A stretch of 51,836 bases of DNA from a virus, in the IMG/VR virus record IMGVR_UViG_3300009488_000003; one strand, given 5' to 3'. Position numbers and translations under genes: made by a program. The notes below the pieces were generated by a model. It saw nothing but the letters and a program-made list of their open reading frames with translations, was not told the DNA's origin and did no database searches. Positions 5,286-14,562 of the stretch are shown here, piece by piece (position 1 is the stretch's first letter; each line of letters starts with the position of its first letter).

Positions 5286-5662
5286 TTGACACGGCCGTGG
5301 CGTTCCCGGAGGCCCACGAGTCCGACAATCCTGCGCGGCGGGCCCAACTCGCGTTAGCGATAAGGCGCTGGTGTCAGGCACGAGTTCCAAAACATATCAG
5401 CATGGTGGGCGGGTTCCCGCCAGACCCCGATATTGAGGACGGCTGGGACCTGGAGACGTTTTGGGGCTGTTTGGACGACGAGCGCATCGTGGATGGCGGT
5501 TCCTATTGCACGGCCTTCGTCGTTTCGTACCGGGAACTATGCCGTGCTGATGCTGCCCGGATTGTTGCCATCAGGATGGCAGAAGCGCTTCGGGATCTTG
5601 AGGAGCATTACGACCAAGAAACGAAGCGGCCGCTGGAGACTCAGGCGAAAGGAAAGGCGTGA
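5282..5662 (+). CDS. hypothetical acidic protein, paralogue 1 (126 aa)
   Basis: It shares AVAFPE.ESD, WCQ.RVP and SYRELC motifs with the next gene. Confidence 0.65.
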   Translation: MIDTAVAFPEAHESDNPARRAQLALAIRRWCQARVPKHISMVGGFPPDPDIEDGWDLETFWGCLDDERIVDGGSYCTAFVVSYRELCRADAARIVAIRMAEALRDLEEHYDQETKRPLETQAKGKA

Positions 5663-6045
5663 TTGAGGCGGCTGTAGCGTTCCCGGAGATTCAGGAGTCC
5701 GATGATATTCGCCGGCGGTCGGCAGTTGGCCGCGAGATAGGGGCTTGGTGTCAAGGGCGGGTTCCTGGGCACGTCACGGCGAACGGGTTCTTGGGCACGA
5801 TGCCGGCTAAGGGGGACTGGGATTCTGGCGGGTTGACAGTCTGGCTGGACGATGGCCAGGGGTTGCCGGGTGGCGAGGAGTTCAGTTGCACCGGGTTCGT
5901 GCTTTCGTACAGGGAACTCTGCTCCGCTCGCAGTCCCGCCGAGCTTGTGGCGACCAGGCTGAAGGGTGCCTTGGCGGAACTCGCGTTGTACCAGTATGAG
6001 GAGACGAAGCGGCGTCTAGCTCAGGCGAAAGGCGGTGGGGCATGA
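5659..6045 (+). CDS. hypothetical acidic protein, paralogue 2 (128 aa)
   Basis: GTGA-coupled tandem paralogue of 5282..5662. Confidence 0.65.
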   Translation: MIEAAVAFPEIQESDDIRRRSAVGREIGAWCQGRVPGHVTANGFLGTMPAKGDWDSGGLTVWLDDGQGLPGGEEFSCTGFVLSYRELCSARSPAELVATRLKGALAELALYQYEETKRRLAQAKGGGA

Positions 6046-6066
6046 CCCGCGAATACTGGCGGCTGA

Positions 6067-7941
6067 ATGATCTGGACCCGTGAGACATTCCGGTCCGACT
6101 ACGCCCAGCAGCACGACCTGCCCCACTACAGCATCGTGCCCAAGGACCCGCTGGCGAACCTGGAGTTCCGGCGGACGATCTGGGCACGGGCCAAGAGCGA
6201 CCCGGGCTTCCAGCATGAGCAGATGCTCCGCTGCGCCCGCGACCTGCTGTATTTCGTGAACACGTACTGCGTGCTGTTTGAGCCGCGGAAGCCTCTGGGG
6301 CCGGCGGTATTCCCGTTCCTGACGTACGACTTTCAGGACGACACGCTGCTGGAGGTTGATCGGAAGCTGGGCAGAGAGGACATTCCGATCGAGAAGAGCC
6401 GCGACATGGGCGCGAGCTTCATGGTCATTTCGGGCAATCTCTTCCGTCAGTGGCTTTTCGTGCCGCGCTCGAGCTTTCTGCTGGTTAGCCGAAATGAAGG
6501 TCTCGTGGACAGCGCTACGGAACCAGATACGCTGTTCTACAAGCTCGATCTGCAACTCAGTCACCTGCCCCATTGGATGATCCCGCCGTTCACGCGGACG
6601 TTCTGCCATCTGGCCAACCCGGTGATGCACTCGGTCTTCCACGGCGAGACCACGACCGAAGACCTGAGTGCGGGCGGGCGTTGGCTCGTGATCGTGATGG
6701 ACGAGTACGCTCGGTTCAAGCCGGCCCCATCGTTCGAGGCGTGGTCGGCTACGATGCCCAGCACGAACTGCCGCATCCCGATCAGCAGTGCCAAGGGAGC
6801 GATCGGCAAGTTCTACGAACTGATGAACCCAGGCCCGGGCGAGCCCCCGGTAGACAAGATCAGGCTCTTCTGGGACCTGCACCCGGAGCACCGGCGGGGG
6901 TTGTATCAGTATCAGGTGGGCAAACTGGAAATCCTGGATCGGGAATACGTTTTCGCGGCGGATTACCCGTTCAAGCTCGACGGAAAGCTGCGGTCGGTCG
7001 CCTACGACTTCCAGGAGGCACGGCAACGCGATCCCCGCTTCATGGCGCAGGAGTGGGACATCGACTACATCGGGGCCGGTGCGCAGGCGTTCGACCGTGC
7101 CCGCGTGGAGGAGGCCCAAGCGGAGTATGCCCAACCCGCGACCGAGCGGGGCGACCTGCTGCTGGTCGGGGATGAACTTGCCGAGGTGGAGAAGTTCAGC
7201 CGGAACGAGAACGGGCACCTGTCGCTCTGGGTGCCGCTGACGGCAGCCGGACGGCCGCCCGAGGCCAAGTACATCGTGGGGGCGGACATTTCGCTGGGGG
7301 TCGGGGCGACCAACTCGACTGCGTTTGTCATCGACAAGGACCGGTCCGAGCAGGTCGCCGAGCTGGTGACGAACAAGCTGAATCCAGGCGACTTCGCGAT
7401 CCTGGTCGTGGCCCTGTGCGAGTGGTTCCACGGTGCGCTGCTGAATTGGGAGACCAACGGGGTTGGGAGCTGGTTCGGCAAGAAGGTGGGGGAGCTGGGC
7501 TACACGCGGCTGTGGTATCGGCGGTCGAGCGAGGAAGCACTGGATGCCAAGATCGTGTTCAAGCCCGGCTGGAAGAGCAGCCCGACCACCAAGGACTCGG
7601 CCATCGGGCAGTTCGTGACGGCGGCGCTGAACGGGGACATCATTTGCCGAAGTCGGCCGCTGTTCGAGGAGATTATCTTCTACCGCCACACCAAGGGCGG
7701 GATGGTTTCTGGTAGCATGGGCCGGTCGAGCTCTTCTGATGAGGCTAGCAAGGAGAATTTGAGTGACCGGGTGACGGGCGGCGCGGTATGCTACCGGGCA
7801 CTGGGCACGAGCCGGCGGCGCGTGGCCGCGTTGGCGAAGAAGCGTCAGGAGCCGGCGGTCCCAGTCGGCAGTTTGGCGCATCGGCGGAAATACCGGGGAG
7901 AATTGGCCGAAGGGCAGGAACAGAGAGACAGGTGGTACTGA
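6067..7941 (+). CDS. terL: terminase large subunit
   Basis: 624 aa. Walker-B-like LVIVMDEYA. Nuclease-type VGADISLGVGATNSTAFVID. It lies upstream of the portal gene. Confidence 0.8.
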   Translation: MIWTRETFRSDYAQQHDLPHYSIVPKDPLANLEFRRTIWARAKSDPGFQHEQMLRCARDLLYFVNTYCVLFEPRKPLGPAVFPFLTYDFQDDTLLEVDRKLGREDIPIEKSRDMGASFMVISGNLFRQWLFVPRSSFLLVSRNEGLVDSATEPDTLFYKLDLQLSHLPHWMIPPFTRTFCHLANPVMHSVFHGETTTEDLSAGGRWLVIVMDEYARFKPAPSFEAWSATMPSTNCRIPISSAKGAIGKFYELMNPGPGEPPVDKIRLFWDLHPEHRRGLYQYQVGKLEILDREYVFAADYPFKLDGKLRSVAYDFQEARQRDPRFMAQEWDIDYIGAGAQAFDRARVEEAQAEYAQPATERGDLLLVGDELAEVEKFSRNENGHLSLWVPLTAAGRPPEAKYIVGADISLGVGATNSTAFVIDKDRSEQVAELVTNKLNPGDFAILVVALCEWFHGALLNWETNGVGSWFGKKVGELGYTRLWYRRSSEEALDAKIVFKPGWKSSPTTKDSAIGQFVTAALNGDIICRSRPLFEEIIFYRHTKGGMVSGSMGRSSSSDEASKENLSDRVTGGAVCYRALGTSRRRVAALAKKRQEPAVPVGSLAHRRKYRGELAEGQEQRDRWY

Positions 7942-7942
7942 G

Positions 7943-8275
7943 ATGTTGAGCAGACGTAGTTTCTTCGGGGCGATTCTTGCAGCCGGTGCCGCTATGGTCG
8001 GGCTTGTGTGGCCGAAACGCAAGCCGGAAGTGCCGTGGCGGCGTGTCAGCGCCTCCTGGGAAGTGCAGGACACGAAAGAGGCCAGGCTTTTTTTGCAGAA
8101 GGCGCGTCGAGCTGATCAGCAGTATCGTGACAAGTTGGTAGCGCAACTTGAGAAAAACCTTTGGGCGCCGGCTGAGAGAACTGAGTACGGAATCAAGCTT
8201 TTCCTGACGGGCAAGTGCGAGAAGGGCCTCCCGGCGCCTTCCAACATCGAGATCGACTGGATCAAACTCGCATAA
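7943..8275 (+). CDS. small protein with a twin-arginine (Tat)-type signal
   Basis: N-terminus MLSRRSFFGAILAAGAAMVG, that is S-R-R-x-F-F followed by a hydrophobic region. Confidence 0.55.
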   Translation: MLSRRSFFGAILAAGAAMVGLVWPKRKPEVPWRRVSASWEVQDTKEARLFLQKARRADQQYRDKLVAQLEKNLWAPAERTEYGIKLFLTGKCEKGLPAPSNIEIDWIKLA

Positions 8276-8286
8276 CGGAGCACACA

Positions 8287-8949
8287 ATGCCAACAGCAAT
8301 GGTTGAAGTGAAGTGCGCAACGGCTGAACTGAAGATGATGAAACGGGGCGACCTGATTTGCGAGGCCAAGCGGCTCGGCGTCAAGCTGCGCAAGTACGGC
8401 GAGTCCGGGATGACGAATACTTGGCTACGTGAGCAGATTGCGGCGAAGCACCTGGCCCCTTGCCCTGCTGCCAACGTTATCTCAGCCGACAAGCCTAGGC
8501 CTGCCAGCATGGTGGTCAAGCCCCCGATGCTGAACGCACCACCGCCGCGCGTCTCCGATGATCCCGATCTGCCGTTGCTGGAAGTTGCCAATCAGGTCTT
8601 GACCCAGATGGAGATTCAACCGCCGCTGTCCGAGTACATCATCGAAGAGCAGTTGGATGAGAGCGGCAAGAGCCTCACGCTGGAACTGAGTTGCCGCGTC
8701 GGCGGCGTATCAGCCCACGTCAATGCCGATGAGACGCCGAAACGACTGGTCGGCAGGATCGAGGGGCTGACACGCGAAGATTTCGCACCTGCAAAGCTGC
8801 GGGGGCTGAGGGGCCGGATCAATGTGGAGAATCGAGCGTTGCGGCTACAGTTGGCCCAAGTGCTAGGCCATGCTGGTTCTGGCGGCGAATCGATTCCGCT
8901 GAAGCCCGACCTCATCAATGACCCGGCCAAGAATCCGCTGCGACGCTAG
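8287..8949 (+). CDS. hypothetical protein with an N-terminal SAP/Rho-N-like helix-extension-helix
   Basis: GGAG lies 8 nt before the ATG at 8287. Motif LKMMKRGDLICEAKRLGV. Confidence 0.5.
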   Translation: MPTAMVEVKCATAELKMMKRGDLICEAKRLGVKLRKYGESGMTNTWLREQIAAKHLAPCPAANVISADKPRPASMVVKPPMLNAPPPRVSDDPDLPLLEVANQVLTQMEIQPPLSEYIIEEQLDESGKSLTLELSCRVGGVSAHVNADETPKRLVGRIEGLTREDFAPAKLRGLRGRINVENRALRLQLAQVLGHAGSGGESIPLKPDLINDPAKNPLRR

Positions 8950-8958
8950 GAGCCCGTT

Positions 8959-10674
8959 ATGGCACTGGAGTACGAAAAAATAGGGAAGGCGATCGAGCAT
9001 TCGCAGAATGTGCTGCTGAAGGGCTGGAAGAAATTGCGTCGCCTGAAGCGCACCTATATGGGCGATCAGCATCCGAGCGGCGACGACGACAAGACTACGC
9101 CGATGAATCTCACCAAGATTGCGGCCCATGTGTACCTGCAGCAAATTCTTCCCGGCGAGTTGCGTTCGCTCATCACGGCGCGCTTCCCCGAGGTCGAGGC
9201 GATTTCCGAGGGGCTGGAGCGGGGGACGAACGAGCGGATCAAGGAAACCCACACGGGCCGGGAAACGGCGGGGGCCACGCATGAGGCCCTGCTGGCAGCC
9301 ATCGGTGGAATTGTGCGGGTCGGCGAGGAAACGACTGGGATCGTGAACTTCCCCGGTGTGGGGGACGTGCCGACCAGCGCGACCGCGGTGCGACACATCG
9401 CGACCGAGCGGTTCTTTTTCGATGTCCAAGCCGAGCAATGGCCCTACATCACGTTCGCGGGTGACATCTTCACCGTCCCTCTGGATTGGGCCAAGAGCTT
9501 CAAGGGCTTTAGTTCAAAGGCCCGTGCAAAGCTCACTTCCATGCGGCTGCGCGATGTGATACCTGGGTCCGGTCCGGCGCGACAGGTCGAGCAGCAACCC
9601 AGCGACCAGGAGTACCAGGCCCAGACGCAGATTATGGCAGTCTGGCTGCCGCTGGAGGGGTCGGCCGGCAAGACGGCGATGCTGGTGCCGAAGAGTTTTG
9701 ACTTGCTGCACAAGACCGGCTGGGATGGCCCAGAGGACGGTCCGTACCATCGGCTGACGTTCAACGACATCCCGGGCGAGATCGAGCAAATCGCACCGCT
9801 TGAGCTGCTGCGCCACCTGCACGCGGTCAGCAACACGATCCTGGTCAAGATGATGAACCGGATCGAGGCCAGTAAGGAAATCGGGATTGTGGAGGATGGC
9901 GACTCGGAGCTTGCCGAGGCCATCATCAAGGCCAAGGATATGACCTGGCTGAGAGGAAAACGGGGGCCGGAACCTGTCCAGTTCGCCCGCATGGGCAGCA
10001 TCGGAGGCGACTTGGCCGCGATGCTGATCCACATGCGGCGGCTGTTCAGTTGGCAAGGCGGGAATATCGACCTAGCGGGTGGCATGCAGGCCCAAAGCGA
10101 AACGCTCGGCCAGGACCGCATCCTCGCGGCGGCGGCCAACCGGACCATCCAGGCGATGGGCAAGCGGGTTGAGGAGTTTGCACGCGGCATTGTGCGGTCG
10201 CTGGCTTGGTACGAGTGGACCGACCCGATTCGCGAGCGTGTCTTCATGCGGACCGTGGAGGATGGCGGCCATCAATACAGGTTCCCCAGCGAGTGGACGC
10301 CCGCGACCCGGAGTGGGGATTTCCTGGACCATGACGTGCAGGTGGACGTGTACGCGCTCCAGCACCGGAGCCCGGAGGAGCGGCTGGCAGCGCTACGGCA
10401 GAGCCTCGGTGACATCATGCCGCTCTACCCGCTGTTGCAGGCCCAGAAGGGCACGCTGGACGTGCGGGAGCTGGTGGACCTGATCGCCAAGCTGCGTGAC
10501 CTGCCCGAGTTGCGGCGGATTATTCGCGGCACGACCCAACGGCAGCCGCCGGAGCTGAGCGAGCCGCCCCAGAAGACGCAGTCGCAAGAGGACCGGCGTG
10601 CGGTGCCACAGCGGGACGAGGAGTTGGAGATGGCGGGCCAGTTGGCCGCGATGGGCAGTAAGGAGGGATCGTGA
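8959..10674 (+). CDS. portal protein (by size and position)
   Basis: 571 aa. It lies between the terminase and the scaffold/capsid genes, with AGGAG before the ATG. Confidence 0.6.
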   Translation: MALEYEKIGKAIEHSQNVLLKGWKKLRRLKRTYMGDQHPSGDDDKTTPMNLTKIAAHVYLQQILPGELRSLITARFPEVEAISEGLERGTNERIKETHTGRETAGATHEALLAAIGGIVRVGEETTGIVNFPGVGDVPTSATAVRHIATERFFFDVQAEQWPYITFAGDIFTVPLDWAKSFKGFSSKARAKLTSMRLRDVIPGSGPARQVEQQPSDQEYQAQTQIMAVWLPLEGSAGKTAMLVPKSFDLLHKTGWDGPEDGPYHRLTFNDIPGEIEQIAPLELLRHLHAVSNTILVKMMNRIEASKEIGIVEDGDSELAEAIIKAKDMTWLRGKRGPEPVQFARMGSIGGDLAAMLIHMRRLFSWQGGNIDLAGGMQAQSETLGQDRILAAAANRTIQAMGKRVEEFARGIVRSLAWYEWTDPIRERVFMRTVEDGGHQYRFPSEWTPATRSGDFLDHDVQVDVYALQHRSPEERLAALRQSLGDIMPLYPLLQAQKGTLDVRELVDLIAKLRDLPELRRIIRGTTQRQPPELSEPPQKTQSQEDRRAVPQRDEELEMAGQLAAMGSKEGS

Positions 10675-11054
10675 TGCCCGTCTACTGCTACCGCTGTGGA
10701 TCTTGCGGCCGAACGATGGAGGAGTTCTTTCACCGCACCAAACATGCTCGGAGCCCGCGTTGTCCTGGCTGCGAGAAGAGAATGCAGCGAGATATTCACG
10801 CTGAGTTCGGTGGACCGCGGGCTCAGGGCCAGTGGCCCATCTACTCGGACGCGATGGCGGTCCATCCGAGCCAGATCGCCGATGCCAAGCACCAGGCGGA
10901 CGTATTGGGCGTTCCGACCGAGTTTGTCGAGCAGGACTGCCCAGAGGCGGACAAATGGGCAGGTCAGCCCATCTTCACATCCCAACGGCACCAAGATGAG
11001 TATCTGCGTAAGGTTACAGGGGGCAAAATTGTTAATCTGGATAAGTACGGCTGA
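10674..11054 (+). CDS. FmdB-type zinc-ribbon protein
   Basis: MPVYCYRCGSCG...CPGC matches the FmdB CxxC..CxxC signature. AGGAGG lies 7 nt upstream. Confidence 0.6.
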   Translation: MPVYCYRCGSCGRTMEEFFHRTKHARSPRCPGCEKRMQRDIHAEFGGPRAQGQWPIYSDAMAVHPSQIADAKHQADVLGVPTEFVEQDCPEADKWAGQPIFTSQRHQDEYLRKVTGGKIVNLDKYG

Positions 11055-11254
11055 GTGGAAAGCCGTATATTGGGGTAGACAGCCCCAAAGTGACGTGATA
11101 AGGTACGGGGGTACAACATGGGGTGGGCCGCAACACTCGCGGCCCGCCACTGAGGGTGATAGGCGGGAGATCGCGACCCGCTAGATGACCCGAATCATCG
11201 CTGCCCTTTCGGGAGGGCCGCCAGTGGTGCGGCTCGTCCCGACAAGGGAAAGCG

Positions 11255-12211
11255 ATGAGCGCAGAACCGCAAACCGCAGAGAAAGAAGAGGCTGAGGCCG
11301 AGGTCCAACCCGCGCCTGAGCCCGAAACCGTAACCGAGGCGCCCGAACCGACGACCGAGCCCGAAGCGGCCGTTGTCGAGGTTGAGGCACCCGCGGTCGA
11401 ACCGTCCGAGCCCGAATGGCCGGATGAGCTGCTGGAACGTGGCAAGAGCATCGGGCTCGCCGATCCCAAACTTGTGGGGTCGCCTGAGGAGCTTCTCGCC
11501 GTTCTGGGCAGGTACGACGCCAACCTGGCCGAAGTCGGTCGGCAGGCGATGGCGGCGGCTACGGGCCAACCGGCTACTCAGCCCGCCGCAACACCTCCAC
11601 AGCCCGCACCTGGTCCGCCCGAAGCGGCTGTCGAGGTCCCCGCTTTCAAATCCACGCTGTCTGACGAACGGCGCAAAACTCTTACCGAAGAGTACGGCAC
11701 CGACATTCTCGGCGAACTGACGGCCATGACGGACCATTACGGTGCCGTTCACGGCAATCAGGCCCGCGAACTGGCTGCCGTCCAGCAGCGACTCGAGGGC
11801 ATCAGCACGATGCTGAACATCCAGTGGCTCGATGCGGAATTTAAGGGCCTTGGGGCCGATTGGGAGTCGTTCATCGGCACAGGCCCCAGCATGGAGCTGG
11901 ACGAGAAGGGCGAGCACTTTGGTGCGCGCCTCGCCATCAAGGACATGGCGCTCGCGTTGCAGCAAACGGAAGCGCTCACCTCGGGCGGAGCCCCCCGTAT
12001 GACCAGTGCCCTACTCAGGCGTGCTGCTCGTGCCGTGGCGGGTGGAAAAGGTTTCAACCCCGAACTCAAGAAGGCCGCCAAGGCGGTCGCGAAGCGTGCT
12101 GCTTCGGCTATGCCGCGTCCGACTCGGGCCAAACAGGTTTCAGAGAAGGAAACCGGTGAGGCCGCTCAAATAGAAGCGGCGGAACGCTGGGCCAAGGAGC
12201 ACGGCGTCTAG
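11255..12211 (+). CDS. scaffolding protein (by composition and position)
   Basis: 318 aa, rich in Glu, Ala and Pro. It lies immediately before the capsid gene. Confidence 0.5.
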   Translation: MSAEPQTAEKEEAEAEVQPAPEPETVTEAPEPTTEPEAAVVEVEAPAVEPSEPEWPDELLERGKSIGLADPKLVGSPEELLAVLGRYDANLAEVGRQAMAAATGQPATQPAATPPQPAPGPPEAAVEVPAFKSTLSDERRKTLTEEYGTDILGELTAMTDHYGAVHGNQARELAAVQQRLEGISTMLNIQWLDAEFKGLGADWESFIGTGPSMELDEKGEHFGARLAIKDMALALQQTEALTSGGAPRMTSALLRRAARAVAGGKGFNPELKKAAKAVAKRAASAMPRPTRAKQVSEKETGEAAQIEAAERWAKEHGV

Positions 12212-12230
12212 GGTTCGCGGAGGATAACGA

Positions 12231-13265
12231 ATGGCAATGCAAGTAAGCGACCATGCGGACCTGGTGGAGACGATCCGCGATCATGCTCCCAAGGACGTGT
12301 GGGAAGACATCAGCTTCGATCGGCAGAGGTATATCGCCCTGCCCGAGCTGATGCGCCAAGCCCGGGACAATATCCAGGGTGGCGAGAAATTAACGTGGCC
12401 CGTCAAGGTTGAGAAGACCGATACGGCACAGCCGGTCGGGCTCTTTACCAAGCGGACCGTTGACGTGCCGATGCTGATGACGACCGCCGAAGTGCCGTGG
12501 CGACACGTTACGGCCTACTGGGTGAGTAACGAGCTTGAGGATTCGCTCGCCAAGGGACCGGAGCGGCTGGTCAAGATCGTCAACGTCCGGCGCAACGGCG
12601 CTTTTCAGGACCTATGTGCTCAGTTCGAGTCGGGTTTCTGGTCAACCGGTGGTGCCGGCGATGATTACTACGGGCTGTTCTACTATCTGGTCCACAACAA
12701 TACGGTGGGTCAGACGGGTGGAAACCCGACGGTCGGCGGCTCAACCGTATCGGTCGCGGGTATCAGCCGCGACGACTACGCCAACTGGAAGAACTGGTCG
12801 GGCTCGTACACCGACATCACGCGTACAGACTTCGTGCGCAAGATGCGGGAGCTGGCCAACAAATCCAAGTTCCTGAACCCGTACCCCAACCCGACGCCGA
12901 GCGACAAGGGCCGCCGGATGGGCTACTACACGGACTACGCCGTGTGGGAAATCCTGGTCGAACTGGCCCAGAACCAGAACGACCGACTGGGGCCGGACCT
13001 GACCGCCCTGGAGGGTCGCGTGACCTTTCACGGCCAGCAGATCGTTTGGGTGCCGGAACTCGACAGTCACGGCTACGACCCGATGATCGGGATCAACTGG
13101 TCGGTCGTGAAGTTCAAGTTCCTTACCGGGGAATTTATGAACGAGCTAGGGGCCAAGCAATCGGCTGAGCAGCCCCGCACCTGGGTTCACTGGATTGACA
13201 CGACCCTGAACCTGGAATGCACGAATCCCCGCAATGCGGGGTTCGAGATGAGTACGGAAGTTTAG
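12231..13265 (+). CDS. major capsid protein (by position)
   Basis: 344 aa with GGAGG before the ATG. A strong hairpin follows the stop. Confidence 0.6.
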   Translation: MAMQVSDHADLVETIRDHAPKDVWEDISFDRQRYIALPELMRQARDNIQGGEKLTWPVKVEKTDTAQPVGLFTKRTVDVPMLMTTAEVPWRHVTAYWVSNELEDSLAKGPERLVKIVNVRRNGAFQDLCAQFESGFWSTGGAGDDYYGLFYYLVHNNTVGQTGGNPTVGGSTVSVAGISRDDYANWKNWSGSYTDITRTDFVRKMRELANKSKFLNPYPNPTPSDKGRRMGYYTDYAVWEILVELAQNQNDRLGPDLTALEGRVTFHGQQIVWVPELDSHGYDPMIGINWSVVKFKFLTGEFMNELGAKQSAEQPRTWVHWIDTTLNLECTNPRNAGFEMSTEV

Positions 13266-13278
13266 TAACTCACACAGC

Positions 13279-13307
13279 GGCAACGGCGGGCCTGCCCCGC
13301 TGTTGCC
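13279..13307 (+). terminator. 12-bp stem-loop after the capsid gene
   Basis: GGCAACGGCGGG pairs with CCCGCTGTTGCC, including one G:U. There is no U-tract, so it may act as an attenuator or stabiliser rather than a terminator. Confidence 0.45.
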
Positions 13308-13320
13308 CGGAGTACAAGAA

Positions 13321-14559
13321 ATGGATACGCAAGTAATCAGCACGGTCGCCGATGAAGGCGACATGCCGTCCGAGAAGCACAGCTACAAGACGGTGTATTA
13401 CGCCGGCACTGAAACGCTCTACAACGGCTACGCCCTTTGCTACGATCGTGTCGGCACTACTGCAACAGTCGCCGACTGGAACCGGGCTAGTTGGGTCCTA
13501 CGGCCGGCAAGTGGCAACCTCGACAACTTTGCGGGTTTTGTCATGGGACTTTCGGGAAATGGCAGAGCCGGTCCATGCAAGGTCAAGATCGTGGACAAAC
13601 GTGTTCGCCAACTTGGCATCGGCTACGGCGGTGAGGCTATTGGCATTGGCGTGTCGGTTTACCTCGACGTTGATAGTTTCTATGTCTGGACGACCGGGGG
13701 AACTGCGGTTGGCACGGCACGCCAAACCATCTCGGCCGCGGGCGAACTTCTGGTCGAAAACGAGTCTTCGCCCGTGACGCCCGTTATGAAGGCGTATGGT
13801 GCGCTCGCCGGCGAGGGACCTTCCTACGCCCTGTGGGAAGATTGCCCCTGGCTGGAGATGCTGCTCAACCCGACGTTGGGTACGACGTACTTCAACGACT
13901 TTGTCGGCGGCTTCCAGCCCGTTACCGGGACCTCGACCACCGAGGTCGAGGACTGGATTCAGACCGAGATAAACTCGGGCCTGACGCAGTATCTTGCCGA
14001 TGGCGGATCGGTGCTGCGGGTGAGTTCCGAGGCGTATAACGCCGAGGATGACGGCATTACCGTCATGTGGCGTGCTACGCCGTGGGTCACGGAAGACGAG
14101 AAGACGCTCTGGTTCGAGGCGCGTGTCAAGATGACCGACATCGACACGACCCCGGACCAGTTCTTCATCGGCCTCTGCAACACGCTCACGGACATGCACC
14201 CCAGTGGCGTCATCGACGACACGGTGGACAAGATCGGGTTCTTCAGCCACGACGGCACGACGGCTGCCACATTGGTGTTCATCACGTCCAAGGCAGCCAT
14301 ACAGGCCATCACGGCTGCGGCTGCAAGTAGCCTCGCCGATGGCACCTGGGTCAAGCTCGGCTTCAAGGTGACGTGGTCGGGTTCGGTTCAGACCGTCACG
14401 CCTTATGTGAACGGTGTGGCTGGCACGGCGCACGCCACGGCCCTGAGTGTCCCGACGGCCGGGGTTGGCCTGGGCATCTGCCTGGCGGCCCACGTTGACC
14501 AGACTTCGGCTCTGGCGGCGCTGGACGTGGACTGGATCAGGATTGCGCAACTGAGGTAG
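13321..14559 (+). CDS. virion protein, possible decoration protein with a jelly-roll C-terminal domain
   Basis: 412 aa following the capsid gene. The call rests on position only. Confidence 0.35.
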   Translation: MDTQVISTVADEGDMPSEKHSYKTVYYAGTETLYNGYALCYDRVGTTATVADWNRASWVLRPASGNLDNFAGFVMGLSGNGRAGPCKVKIVDKRVRQLGIGYGGEAIGIGVSVYLDVDSFYVWTTGGTAVGTARQTISAAGELLVENESSPVTPVMKAYGALAGEGPSYALWEDCPWLEMLLNPTLGTTYFNDFVGGFQPVTGTSTTEVEDWIQTEINSGLTQYLADGGSVLRVSSEAYNAEDDGITVMWRATPWVTEDEKTLWFEARVKMTDIDTTPDQFFIGLCNTLTDMHPSGVIDDTVDKIGFFSHDGTTAATLVFITSKAAIQAITAAAASSLADGTWVKLGFKVTWSGSVQTVTPYVNGVAGTAHATALSVPTAGVGLGICLAAHVDQTSALAALDVDWIRIAQLR

Positions 14560-14562
14560 ACG

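Noticed and set aside
6016-8073. 685-aa ORF antisense to the large terminase, and similar antisense ORFs such as 4431..5390, 9444..10247, 13498..14550, 17591..19099 and 29807..31189
   Set aside because: They are mirror frames of strongly supported plus-strand genes in GC-rich DNA. Their products are low-complexity and Arg/Pro/Gly-rich, and they lack start contexts.
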